Shown piece after piece: positions 1 to 11,675 of a stretch of 64,000 nucleotides of DNA. The translations under genes and the position numbers were made by a program. A model generated the notes under the pieces. The model searched no databases. It saw only the letters and a program-made list of their open reading frames with translations, and had not been told where the DNA came from. The stretch lies in NCBI RefSeq assembly GCF_044704955.1, contig NC_091999.1, positions 36,456,001-36,520,000 on the forward strand. The letters run 5' to 3'. The number at the start of each line of letters is the position of its first letter. Within the stretch, counting starts at the first letter, position 1. Origin of the DNA: Pristiophorus japonicus. Lineage: Eukaryota.

Positions 1-410
1 GGTCGGGAGCTCCTGTCAATCAGGCCCGGGTCACGTGTCCCTCAAGCGCGCTCCGCCAAACTGGTGGAAACTGTTCTCGGGGACCCGGATGGGCGGACTC
101 TCGGGTTTGGATCTCCCTTTATTCTCTCCCAATCCCCCGCGCAATTCTCTACCCAATCGGAGCGGAGAAAACTTACTTTGCATCACCGCTCATGGCTCTT
201 AACAGACACAAACGCCTTTCCCCGGAAGGTGCTGTGCTGACTCCACACCACAGGATCCGAGTGAGCAGGCGCAGCTCCGAGTGTGGGGGGGAGGCGGCGG
301 TTGGTGTCCCCTGGGCATGCGCGGTTATTACCGATATCGACCGAGACGGGGTGCTGTGCCGGACATGGTTATCGGTGCACATGCGCAGACTGTCGGCTGT
401 CAATCACCCA
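1..410 (+). promoter_or_regulatory. CpG-rich promoter and probable non-coding first exon, likely belonging to the downstream zinc-finger gene
   Basis: High CpG density; E-box GTCACGTG ~30-37; CCAAT ~129 and ~153; ETS-type CCCGGAAG ~220; donor-like GTGAGC at 261; GCATGCGC/ACATGCGCA NRF1-like sites ~315 and ~380. Confidence 0.5.
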
Positions 411-585
411 TCAGGCAGCGCAGCTGCTGGTGAGACCTGTGACATCATCGAATCCCAGACATTGACAGCACAGAAGGAGGCCATTCGGCCCATCGTGTCC
501 ATGCCGGCCGGCCGGCACAGAGCTCTGCAGCCTAATCCCACTGTACAGCTCTTCGTCTGTAGCTCTGTAGGTTACGGCACAAAAA

Positions 586-1020
586 AGAAAGCCTTACATT
601 TATATAGCGCCTTTCATGAACACCGGACGTCTCAAAGCTCTTCACAGAGAATGAAGTACTTTTGGAGTGTAGTCACTGTTGTAATGTGGGAAACACGGCA
701 GCTAATTTGCACCCAGCAAGCTCCCACAGAGAGCAATGTGATAATGACCAGATAAATTGTTGTTGTTATTTTGGTTAAAGGATAAATATTGGCCACGACG
801 CCGTGGATAGCTTCCCTGTTCTTCTTCGAAATAGTGCCATGAGATCTTTTACGTCCACCAGAGAGAGAGTTGACCAGGCTTCGGTTTAAAGCCTCATCCG
901 AAAGATGGCTCCTCCGACAGTGCAGTGGCACTGGCGTGTCAGCCTAGATTTTTTGTGCTCAAGTCTCTGGAGTGGGACTTGAACCCACAACCTTCTGACA
1001 CACTGAGCCACAGCTAACAC
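586..1020 (-). mobile_element. tRNA-derived Deu-domain SINE (SacSINE1-like)
   Basis: Deu-like core 'ttgtaatgtgggaaacacggcagctaatttgcacccagcaagctcccaca'; tRNA B-box-like 'gggacttgaaccc' on the reverse strand; further copies elsewhere in the window. Confidence 0.7.
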
Positions 1021-1490
1021 CTCTGCTAAGGCAAATAGGTCCTTCCTATCCACTCTATCTAGTCCCCTCAAGTGCATATCAGAATACTTTTAAATGTTAT
1101 GAGGGTTTCTGCCTCTACCACTCTTTCTGGCAGCGAGTTCCAGATTCCCACCATCCTCTCGGTGAAAAAACTTCTCAAATCCCATCTAAACCTTTCACCA
1201 ATTACTTTAAATCTATGCACCCCCAGGTATTGACCCTCTGCTAAGGGAAATAGGTCCTTCCTATCCCCTCTATCTAGGCCCCTCATAATTTTATACACCT
1301 CAATGAGGTCTCTCCACACGTCCTCTTTTCCTAAAAAAACAACCCCAGCCTATCCAATCTGTCCTCATAGCTAAAATTCTCAAGTCCAGGCAACATCCTG
1401 GTAAATCTTTGTACCCTGAGTGGTGCAATCAAATCTTTCTTGTAATGTGGTGACCAGAACTGCACACAGTACTCTAGCTGTGGCCTAATT
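1020..1490 (-). mobile_element. CR1 LINE 3' fragment
   Basis: ORF 1068..1319 'DLIEVYKIMRGLDR...FFTERMVGIWNSLPERVVEAET' is the typical CR1 ORF2 C-terminus. Confidence 0.85.
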
Positions 1491-1958
1491 AGAACCCAGC
1501 CAGAGCCAGCACCTTCAGGGGAAGAGAGGGAGGGGAACCAGTGAGTGCAGAACTGACCCAGCCAGTGTCAGCACCTTCAGGGGAGGAGAGGGAGGGGAAC
1601 CAGTGAGTGTAGAACTGAACCCAACCAGAGTCAGCACCTTCAGGGGAGGAGAGGGAGGGGATCCAGTGAGTGTAGAACTGAACCCAGCCAGAGTCAGCAC
1701 CTTCAGGGGAGGAGAGGGAGGGGATCCAGTGAGTGTAGAACTGAACCCAGCCAGAGTCAGAACCTTCAGGGGAGGAGAGGGAGGGGATCCAGTGAGTGTA
1801 GAACTGAACCCAGCCAGAGTCAGCACCTTCAGGGGAGGAGAGGGAGGGGAACCAGTCAGTGTAGAACTGAACCCAGCCAGTGTCAGCACCTTCAGCGGAG
1901 AAGAGGGAGGGGAACCAGTGAGTGTAGAACTGAATCCAGCCAGAGTCAGCACCTTCAG
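1491..1958 (+). repeat. 63-bp minisatellite, ~7.5 copies (agaactgaacccagccagagtcagcaccttcaggggaggagagggaggggaaccagtgagtgt)
   Basis: Exact 63-nt periodicity; translates as 21-aa repeats (VSVELNPARVSTFRGGEGGDP). Confidence 0.95.
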
Positions 1959-2152
1959 CAAGAAGGAAAAAATGTTGGTGATGATGTAATGGGTTTGGAT
2001 TTCAGCATGGGGAGTAGGGATAGTGTGTGGGTTAGGGATTTATATTTGTGGGGAAACTAGAGAGGAATATGTGTACCACAGAAACCAAAATTGACTGTTC
2101 TGAATTTATATCCTGTCCTTACAGAGATGACTTTTGTAAACTCCTTTTTCAG

Positions 2153-3103
2153 GGTATTAGAAGGGAAGGATTTGCAGATGAGAAACTGGAACCAAACATC
2201 ACCAAGATCTCACAGAGTCACTTGATCCACCGCAACATGAATATCATCGGCCTTTGAATGTGGAAGGAGAAATGTTTGTCTGTTCTGCCTGTGGGCAAAT
2301 ATTTCAAACATCAGTGTGACTTCAAAAGCACCGAGACACACACAGACGAGTGAAAGTGTTCCCGTGCACTGCCTTTGGAAAGAGCTTTAACCAGTTACAT
2401 AGCCTGAAAAAACAGCGCACCATTCACAGCGCAGAGAATCTGTAAACGTGTTGTGTGTTGGCGAGGCATCAACTGATCAACCAATCTGGAGAGACACAAG
2501 GATACCAGCACCATGGAGTAACCGTGGGAATGTGGAGACTGTGGGAAGGGATTCAGTTACCCGTCTGAGCTGGAAATTCACAAGCGCAATCACACTGGGG
2601 AGAGGCCGTTCACCTGGTCAGAGTATGGGAAAGGATTCAATTGGCCATCCCACCTGCTGAGACACCAGCGAGTACATACCGGGGAGAGGCCGTTCACCTG
2701 CTCCATGTGTGGGAAGGGATTCAGTGATTCATCCAGCGAACTGACACACCAGCCACCTCACACTGGGGAGTGGCCATTCACGTGCTCCGTGTGTGGGAAG
2801 GGATTCACTTGTTCATCCAACCTGCTGGCACACCAACTTGTTCACACCAATAAGAAACCGTTTAAATGTTCTGACTGTGAGAAGAGTTTTAAAAGCAGAA
2901 ATGATTTGAGGAAACACCAACGCGCTCACACTGGGGAGAGGCCGTTCACCTGCTCCATCTGTGGGAAGCAATTCACTGCCCCATACAACCTGCTGACACA
3001 CCAGCGAGTTCACACTGGGGAGAGGCCGTTCACCTGCTCCGTCTGTGGGAAGGGATTCACTGCCCCATACAACCTGCTCAGACACCTGCGAGTTCACAAG
3101 TGA
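2153..3103 (+). pseudogene. C2H2 (Kruppel-type) zinc-finger exon; 5' part disrupted, last ~5 fingers in an open frame (ORF 2705..3103)
   Basis: Acceptor ctttttcag ending at 2152; TGERPFTC linkers and CxxC...HxxxH fingers; in-frame stops and frameshifts between ~2200 and ~2640; stop at 3101-3103; AATAAA at 3218-3223. Confidence 0.85.
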
Positions 3104-3339
3104 CTGCAGGGTTGGATTCTGCTGTGAATCACATCAGGCCTGAATCGTGTTAATTCTGACAGTCGGGCTGTGTTTCCCCTGTAACTGGGCTGGATTTAAT
3201 GTTCTGGATATCTGACAAATAAATCAGCTTTGGTTCCAACACACACTGTGTAGATTGCGTGACTTCTCCAATATAAGAGGAGTCTAATTGGTGTCCTGTT
3301 ACTAATTGTTCCTTTTTTGGAACTTTTCTCCTTCATTTA

Positions 3340-3595
3340 ACAAAGACCTGTCCTTATGCAGCGCCTCACATGACCTCAAAATGTTTACAGCCAATGAAGT
3401 GCAACAACACCAAAGTACATTTGAAGTGCATTCACTGTTGTAGTATAGGAAATGCAGCAGATGCTTTGCACACAGCAAGCTGCCATGAACAGCAATGGCC
3501 AGATAATCTGTTTGAGTGATATTTGTTGAGAGCTGATGGGGCCTCAGTTGAACGACTCACCTGAAAGATGGCAACATTGACAGTGCAGCAATCCT
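3340..3595 (-). mobile_element. Degenerate Deu-domain SINE
   Basis: Similar to the 586-1020 copy ('gcacacagcaagctgccatgaacagcaatg', 'gacagtgcagca'). Confidence 0.6.
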
Positions 3596-3885
3596 GTGCG
3601 GTACCTGCCCTGGGCGTGTTTGATGGGACAGTGTAGAGGGAGCTTTACTCTGCATCTAACCCGTGCTGTACCTGCCCTGTGAGTGTTTGATGGGACAGTG
3701 TAGAGGGAGCTTTGCACTGTATCTAACCAGTACTGTACCTGCCCTGGGAGTTTTGATGGGACCGTGTAGAGGAAGCTTTACTCTGTATCTAACCCATGCT
3801 GTACCTGCCCTGGGAGTGTTTGTTGGGACAGTGTAGAGGGAGCTTTACTCTGTATCTAACCCCGTGCTGTACCTGCCCTGGAAGT
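3595..3885 (+). repeat. 67-bp satellite (gtacctgccctgggagtgtttgatgggacagtgtagagggagctttactctgtatctaacccgtgct), ~4.3 copies
   Basis: Period 67 (3601 to 3668); the same unit recurs at 19.4, 34.3-35.9, 46.3-46.8 and 58.1 kb. Confidence 0.9.
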
Positions 3886-4119
3886 GCATTAGGCTGACAC
3901 AAGGTGCTCCGAATGACCCATTCCCAAACACTGACATCCATCACCTCGATGAGAACATCATTTAACCCAAAGATAAGGAAAACCCATCAGTTCCTCCCCT
4001 GGACACAGGTCCGGAGGGACAGTGAGTGTCCCGGACATTGTTGTACAGTGTGTTCGATAGCTCACCCTGGGTCTGAGCCTTTTGTTGATGGTTTGAATTT
4101 GACGCCCTCGAATTACTGA

Positions 4120-4470
4120 CTCACCGACTGGTGGAAATAGTTTTTCCTCATTTACCGATCAAATTTTGAATACCTCCCTCAGATCTCCAATGACCCTTTG
4201 TTCTAATGAAAAGAGTCCCAGTTTCTCCAATCTCCCCTGATAACTAAAGCCTCTCTTCCCTCGTATCATCTCAGTGAATCTCTCTGCACCCTCTCCATGG
4301 CCTCCACATCCTTCCTGGTGTAAGTTCCCCAAAACCTGACACAATATTCGAACTGTAGCCTAACCAATGATTTATGCAACTTTACATGACCTCTGCCCTT
4401 TTGTACTGCACACCCCTATTTATGAACCGTAGGACCCCATGTGCTTCTTTAACGACTTTATCAACATAAA
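4120..4470 (-). mobile_element. CR1 LINE fragment
   Basis: ORF 4159..4344 'FSYQGRLEKLGLFSLEQR...DLREVFKI'. Confidence 0.8.
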
Positions 4471-5169
4471 ATGGCTAAAATACATTGACTTCGACTTAAA
4501 TATGCATCATGGGAAAGATAAGTTTAGGCTGAGTTAGAAACGCAAACAATCGATTCGCTGCAGACAGGTCACCATGGCAACACTGATCAGACATTCCATT
4601 CGCTGAACCCACTGTTGCAATCTATAATCAGATCAGGGGAAAGAACAGGGTTTGTCTGTTAGTAACCACAATGTAAGCTTAAACCAGAGTGAGTAACACA
4701 ATAGATTAGATTATAATGCGTGATGCTGATACCTATAATTGTGAAACTATAAAACATAACAACTAATAGCAGGCAGGGGAGTTTAGGGACAATGAGAATA
4801 TTACTGAAGAAAAGTAACTGCTGGGAACCAGGAAAAGTGTCCTTGTAAATCACGGATTAAAGAAGTTCCAGCTGTCTTTTCCTCGCTTCATGCCCAAACC
4901 CAGCAGAGAAGACAAAGAAGACTCCGGTGTCAGAGGTGAATCAGTGCAGGGTATAAAAGTGAGGGGAGACTGATGTAAGGGGGCAGTGGGGACTGGAGAC
5001 ACCGGAGATCAAGCTCTGGGCACCCGAGGTTCCATCCAGTGGGCTGACCTGGTGTCAGGTACTGTGGACACGCGGGACTTGCATCTTTACTCTGATGTGG
5101 TAGAGCACAGAGAATCTGCTCAAATTATATTTCTTAAAATATTAATGTTTCTAATAATAATGATTGAAT

Positions 5170-5910
5170 ATATTTAAGGTGGAGATATACAGAGTTTTGA
5201 GCGATAAGGGAGTGAAGGGTTATAGGGAGCGGGCAGGGAAGTGGAGTTGAGGCCCGGATCAGATTAGCCATGATCTTATTGAATGGCGGAGCAGGCTCGA
5301 GGAACCAGATGACGTACTTCTGCTCCTATTTCTTATGTTCTCGTGTTATAACACTCGTCTCTCGATCCTCAATAAAATAAGGAATTAGCTAGAATCTTAC
5401 AACCCTAAATCTCTCTGCTCCTCTACTCCATTGAAAGTTTTACCATTTAATATATATTTCCTCCCTTTTTCTTCCTCCCGAAATCTATCGCAGCACATTT
5501 CTCTGCATTAAATTTCATTTCACATCTACCTGCCCAATTACTAACCTGTGTATTGACAATGAAGGCACTTAAAGTCCTCTTCACAGTTGGCCATGGGCCC
5601 TTTTTGGCGTTCCCTGGAGATTTTGATCATGTGCCGCATATACCCAAGCCCAGATCATTTCTCTATATTAAGCAGAGCAATGGTCTCAACACTGACCCTG
5701 GGGACACCATTGTTTACATCCCCCCAGTCTGAAAAACCTCCATTCACCGCCACTCTCTGTTTTCTGCCCTTGACCCAAATTCCTCTCTACGCTGCCCCAC
5801 TCCCTTTAATACTATAAGCCTTAATTTGATCAACAAGCCTCCTGTCCGGCATCTTATCAAACACCTTTTGACAATCCATCTGCACAACATTTATTTCCTT
5901 TCTCACTGCA
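5170..5910. mobile_element. CR1 fragments: 3' tail on + at ~5170-5350, RT remnant on - at ~5400-5910
   Basis: CR1 3'UTR 'gatcttattgaatggcggagcaggctcgagg...tcttatgttc'; reverse-strand GVPRVSV/FDKMP RT remnants. Confidence 0.65.
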
Positions 5911-6166
5911 CTGTGTGATTTCCTGAAACCCTGCTGCCTGTCCTGAATGAATCCATTTCACTACCAAATGCTGCAATGTTTGATCCACTCCACAGGGTTC
6001 CATCTGTTTCATGCCATAACACAAAATCCCGTTTCTTCCTGGAGTTTGAGAGACAACACTCTGCATTATCCGCCGTTCCACAACGACCTGCCAGTTACAG
6101 ACACAGACTCCAGGACCACCAGGAAGTGCTGGGAAATCTCCAGCGAGTCAGGAAATGACTGTCAAT

Positions 6167-6355
6167 GTAGGAGAAATGGGGAGTGGTCAGGGAGTGTCTG
6201 TAAATGGAGAAATGGGGACTGGTCAGGGAGCGTCTGTAAATGGAGGAATAATGGGGATTGGTCATGGAGCGTCTGTAAATGGAGGAGAAATGGGGATTGG
6301 TCAGGGAACGTCTGTAAATGGAGGAGAAATGGGGACTGGTCTGGGACTTTCTGTA
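6167..6355 (+). repeat. 36-39-bp Gly-coding minisatellite (gtaaatggaggagaaatggggactggtcagggagcgtct), ~5 copies
   Basis: Direct tandem repeats visible in the sequence. Confidence 0.85.
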
Positions 6356-6585
6356 ATTTAAGTAGAAATTACTATTTTTAGTGAACAAATGTATCAGTGA
6401 ATTAATGGAACACTTCGCGTGTCCCAGCTCCTGTAAGTACTGGCTGTAAAGGAATGGTATTCTGAGGAGGCTCCACGCTGCTGGCTGCTCATTAGTCAGT
6501 TATCTCCCATCATATTAATGTGCTTCTGCTGTGTGTGTTTAATAAAGTGCCATGAGCACTTCACAAACAGTGGGGAGCCAGGAAG

Positions 6586-6996
6586 TGTAGAACTGAACCC
6601 AGCCAGAGTCAGTACCTTCAGGGGAGGGGAACCAGTGAGTGCAGAACTGAACCCAGCTAGAGACAGCACTTCAGGGGAGGGGAACCAGTGAGTGTAGAAC
6701 TGAACCCAACCAGTGTCAGCACTTCAGGGGAGGGGAAACAGTGAGTGTAGAACTGAACCCAGCCAGAGTCAGTACCTACAGGGGAAGGGAACCAGTGAGT
6801 GTAGAACTGAACCCAACCAGTGTCAGCACTTCAGGGGAGGGGAACCAGTGAGTGTAAAACTAAACACAGCCAGAGTCAGTACCTTCAGGGGAAGGGAACC
6901 AGTGAGTGTAGAACTGAACCCAACCAGTGTCAGCACTTCAGGGGAGGGGAACCAGTGAGTGTAGAACTGAACCCAGCCAGAGTCAGCACCTTCAGG
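6586..6996 (+). repeat. 53/54-bp minisatellite, a shortened relative of the 63-bp array
   Basis: Same core 'agaactgaacccagccagagtcagcaccttcagggg...gaaccagtgagtgt', lacking ~9-10 purines. Confidence 0.9.
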
Positions 6997-8040
6997 GGGG
7001 AGGGGGAGAGCCCGAGTTGGGGGAGGGGGAGAGCCCATGTTGGGAGAGAGGGGGAGGGGGAGAGTCCGCGGTTGGGGGAGGGGGGGAGACGGGGTTGGGA
7101 GAGAGGGGGAAGTGGAGAGCCGGGATTGGGGAAGGGGGAGAGATGTCGTTGGGAGAGAGGGGGAGGGGGAGAGCCCGGGTTGTGGGAGAGGAAGAGCCCG
7201 AGTTGGGGGAGCCCGAGTTGGGGGAGCCCGAGATGGGGGAGAGAGGGAAGGAGAAAGACCGAGCTGGGGGAGGGGAGAGGGGTGGAGAGGGAGAGCCCGC
7301 AGAGGGGGAGAGCCCGAGTTGGGGGCGGGGGGATGGGGAGAGCCCGAGTTGGGGAGAGGGGAAGGAGGAGACCCCGAATTGAGGGGGAGGGGGAGAGCCC
7401 GAATTGAGGGGGAGGGGGAGAGACGTGGTCGGGGGAGAGAGGGAGGGGGAGAGCCTGAGTTGGGGGAGAGAGGGAGGGGGAGAGCCCGAGTTGGGGGAGA
7501 GAGGGAGGGGGAGAGCCCGAGTTGAGGCAGAGGGGGAGTGTGAGATTCTGAGTTGGGGGAGAGGGGGAGGGGGGCCCGAGTTGGGGGAGAGGGAGTGGGA
7601 GGGGGAGAGCCCGAGTTGGGGGAGAGAGGGAGGGGACGAGCCAGAGTTGAGGGAGAGGGGGAGGCTGAGATTTTGAGTTGAGGAGAGGGAAACGGGGCGA
7701 GACCGAGTTGGGGGAGAGGGAGAGTGAGGGGGAATGCCCGAGTTTGAGGGGAGGGGGAGAGCCCGAGTTATTTCGGGAGGAGGGGAGAGCCCGAGTTTTT
7801 TGGGGGGAGGGGAAGGGGAGGAGCCTGAGTTGTGGGGAACGAGAGGAGTCCGAGTTGGGGCGGAGGGGAGGAGCCAGAGTCGGGGGGGAGGGGAGGGTGG
7901 AGTAACCCGAATCGGGGGAAGGGGAGGGTGGAGGAGTCCGAGTCGGGAGTGGAGGGAGCCCGAAACCGGGGGTGGTGTGTGGGAGGGGAGGGAACCCGAG
8001 TTGGGTGGGAGGTGTGGAAGACCGAATTGGGGGAGGGGGA
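6996..8040 (+). repeat. G/A-rich degenerate tandem repeat (gggggagagcccgagttggggga...)
   Basis: About 1 kb with extreme purine skew, dozens of G4-G7 runs and a recurring 'agcccgagtt' core. Confidence 0.9.
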
Positions 8041-8041
8041 T

Positions 8042-10554
8042 TGTTGTGTATCTATAAAGCATGAACTCCCATGCTTCGCCACCAGGGAGCACATCCCCTG
8101 AAATCCCAATGGATCCCAACATGCCTTGGGAGCACTGTATATAAGCCGGCCCCTACGGTCTGTTCCTCACTCTGGAGTGTCTTAATAAAGACTGAGGTCA
8201 CTATTACTTTCACCTCCCTGTGTGCAGTCCCATCTGTGTTTGGAACACAATAACTGGCGACGAGAATACGAATCCAACACAAAGATGCAGCAAACTGTAG
8301 GCATCCTGGAGCAGAGCTCGGAGAGTGGGGACTGGGAAGCCTATGGCGAACGGCTAGACCAGTACTTTGTAGCCAACGAGCTGGACGGAGAAGGAAGCAC
8401 TGCAAAAAGGAGAAACGTCCTCCTCACGGTCTGCGGGGCACCGACCTACAGCCTCATGAAGGATCTTCTGGCTCCAGTGAAACCACAGACAAGTCATATG
8501 AGGAGCTGTGTACACTGGTTCTGGAGCATCTTAACCCGAGGTAGATTGTGCTGATGACAAGGTATCGGTTCTACACGTGCCAGCCATCTGAAGGTCAGAA
8601 AGTGGCGAGCTACATCGCCGAGCTAAGGCGACTTGCAGGACAATGTGAGTTTGATGGCTACCTGGAGCAGATGCTCAGAGAATTTTTTTTACTGGCCATT
8701 GGCCACGAGACCATCCTATGAAAACTTTTTACTGTAGAGACACCGACCCTTAGTAATGCCATTGAAATAGCACAGGCGTTTATGTCCACCAATGATAACA
8801 ACAAACAAATCTCTCAGCACACAAGTGCTAGCAATGTTCATACATAACTGGAACTGGGTTTGCGAGCAGAAATGTACATGGCAGAAACCATGAGTCTGCA
8901 ACTGCCAGCAAGCCTCAGGTGACCAAGATGACTCAGAGTCCGCAAGGCAATTAACACCTTGTTGGCATTGTGGAGGCTTCCATTCTGCCTATTCATTCCG
9001 GTTCAAAGGGTATGTTTGCAACAGCTGTGGAACAATGGGGCACCTCCAACGAGCTTGCAGACGATCTGCAAGTTCAGCTAAACCTGCTGACCACCACGTG
9101 GCAGAGGAATATCGGTCCATGGTGGAACAAAGCAATTTCAAGCCTCAGAGAGAGGAGGCAGATGCTGAAGTACACGGGCTGCACACATTTTCGACAAAAT
9201 GTCCACCTATATTGTTAAATGTAAAATTCAATGGCTTACCCATAGCCATGGAACTGGACACTGGTGCTAGCCAATCCATCATGAGTAAAAAGATGTTTGA
9301 GAGACTGTGGTGCAATATGGCACTCATACCAACCCTGAGCCCCATGCACACGAAACTGAGAACGTACACCAAAGAGCTCATCACTGTCCTGGGCAGTGCC
9401 ATAGTCAAGGTCACCAACGAGGGCATGGTGCACGAACTGCCACTCTGGATTGTCCTGGGCGATGGCCCCACACTGCTTGGAAGGAGCTGGCTGGGAAAAA
9501 TCCGCTGGAACTGGGTGACATCCGAGCGCTATCACATGTCGATCAGGCCTCGTGTACCCAGGTTCTTAAAAATGTCTTTCCCTTTTTGAGCCAGGCATTG
9601 GAAACTTTTCCGGGGCGAAGGTGTTTATCCACTTGGTCCGAGAGGCATGGCCCATTCACCACAAGGCGCAAGCGGTACCTCACATGATGAGGGAGAGAGT
9701 GGAAATCGGGCTGGACAGGCTGCAACGTGAGGGCATCATCTCTCCAGTGGAATTCAGTGAGTGGGCCAGCCCGATTTTTCCAGTACTCAAAAGTGATAGC
9801 ACGGTCAGGATTTGCAGCGATTAGAAAGGAACTATTAATTATTTCTCGCTACAGGACCAATACTCACTACCTAAGGCAGACGACCTATTTGTGACGCAGA
9901 CAGGAGGCAAGACGTTCACCAAGCTCGACCTGACTTTGGCATACATGACGCAGGAGCTTGAGGAGTCTTCGAAGTGCCTCACCTGCATTAACACGCACAA
10001 GGGACTGTTCATCTACAACAGATGTCCTTTTGGAATTCGATCGGCTGCAGCGATCCACCAGTGAAACATGGAGAGCCTACTCAAGTCGGTACCACGCACG
10101 GTGGTTTTTCAGGACGACATATTGTTCACGGGTCGGGACACCATCGAGCACCTACAAAACCTGGAGGAGGTCCTCCAGCGACTGGATCGCGTAGGGCTGC
10201 AGCTGAAGAGGTCGAAATGCGTCTTCATGGCAACAGAAGTGGAGTTTTTGGGGAGAAAGATCGCGGCGGACGGCATTCGGCCCACAGACGCCAAGACAGA
10301 GGCTATCAGGAACGCGCCCAGGCCACAGAACGTCATGGAGCTGCGGTCGTTCCTGGGACTCCTCAACTATTTTGGTAACTTCCTACCGGGGTTAAGCACC
10401 CTCTTAGAGCCCCTACATGTGTTATTGCGTAAAAGTGAGAACTGGGTATGGGGGGGATAAAACAAGTAATTGCTTTTGAGAAAGCCAGAAACATTTTATG
10501 CTCCAACAAGCTGCTTGTATTGTATAACCTGTGTAAACGACTTGTGCTAGCATG
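8042..10554 (+). mobile_element. Ty3/Gypsy LTR retrotransposon (Mag/K02A2.6-like), 5' half only: LTR, gag, protease, RT; decayed
   Basis: LTR TG...CA ~8042-8250 with TATATAA and AATAAA; PBS TGGCGACGAG 8255-8264 (complementary to the tRNA-Ser(GCT) 3' end); gag ATG at 8285 (DWEAYGERLDQYFVAN); tandem CCHC knuckles; protease ELDTGAS; RT FQDDIL; ends at the start of RNase H (LVLAC). Confidence 0.9.
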
Positions 10555-11088
10555 TGTTTGGATTGATAATAATAGATCCAGGTTCGGGATCTGGATGAAT
10601 GTTAAATAAGAGACAAGACAAATGAAGTAAAGATAAAACACCATTTACTGAGAGAAAGGAAACATCATACAGTTTACGAAGAAAAGAGAAGTATGATAAG
10701 ATGCAACAAAGCTCACAGCCTTCGGCCCGTCGGGAACTCCGCAACGACAGCTGGTCAGGAGCCTTGGGGCTCCCAGCACCGCTCGCGAATCACGGTCCAA
10801 GGTGAAATTCAAAGAGCTACTGAACAGTTCCGTTCCTTTATACTATTGAACAAACCATGGGTGCATGTGGCTTATGGCCAACTCCTAATCTGTAAGGCCC
10901 CAGCTGTTCTTCCACAAAGCATGAAGCATCGAGGCGCCTATCGTCCCATAAATAAGATGGTGTGTGCATCAAGGTCTCTCTCTCTCTCTCTCTGCATCAA
11001 CAACATTCCACGAGGCATGAAGCAGAATACACACTATAAGTGTCGGAATATCATAATTAACCCTATGTGATTAACCATATACAATACA
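10555..11088 (-). repeat. ERV 3' LTR
   Basis: Direct repeat of 16408-16941; starts TGTATTGT on the minus strand right after the PPT; TATAAA at ~10837-10842. Confidence 0.9.
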
Positions 11089-11112
11089 ATCCACCCTTGA
11101 AATTTAGACATT

Positions 11113-11633
11113 CTAAGTATTATAATCGAGTTGAAGGCGTAATGCATCAGTTACATGTTGTGTATGCGCAAGCAACGCCCGCAATCTACACCAAAGAATA
11201 CATACATGCAGTAATATCAGTAATAACGGGACGAGTAAAACAACAATAGGATGTATTAACAGCTTCAAAGTGGCGGATGTTTTTGGGGACCATCCTTAAA
11301 AGATGTCCCACCAATGGTGTACTGTAAGGTCAGTGATCGTTGTCGCAACTCTGACCAAGGTGCCTTCACTGTAACTCATAGCAACTTGCAGAGTATGAAG
11401 AGTACGCCCTCGTTTGCTCAATTCGTCAGTAACCTTTTGATTATCTTTTAGAAATTGAGCTTAACGAGTTAGGTCTACAATGGGAGGAAGGTTAGTAATT
11501 GTCTTGCGTACGATCAGTGTTAGCCTAACCGTCACCCTTTATGGCCATTTGATGCTGGGTTTGAGGATGGAAGTAGCACAGTCACAGATAACGAGACACA
11601 GATGCTGGCCAGCACGAGTTGGTAGGTCGCCAT
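11113..11633 (-). pseudogene. env: Short env-like remnant: signal peptide, heptad-like segment, WWDIF.GWSP membrane-proximal motif and TM helix
   Basis: Manual translation: acceptor 'ttcctcccacag', then ATG MATYQLVLASICVSLSVTVLL; after a frameshift ...HHWWDIF*GWSPKTSATLKLLIHPIVVLLVPLLLILLHVCILWCRLR...; lies between pol and the PPT. Confidence 0.65.
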
Positions 11634-11675
11634 TTTGGGCAGAATTCCTGTGGGAGGAAGCATAATTATATTAAT

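Noticed and set aside
960-1020. tRNA gene
   Set aside because: Only a B-box-like motif within a SINE head; no cloverleaf.
6992-8122. 376-aa Pro/Ser-rich ORF and overlapping Gly/Glu/Arg-rich ORFs
   Set aside because: By-products of a G/A-rich repeat lacking stop codons.
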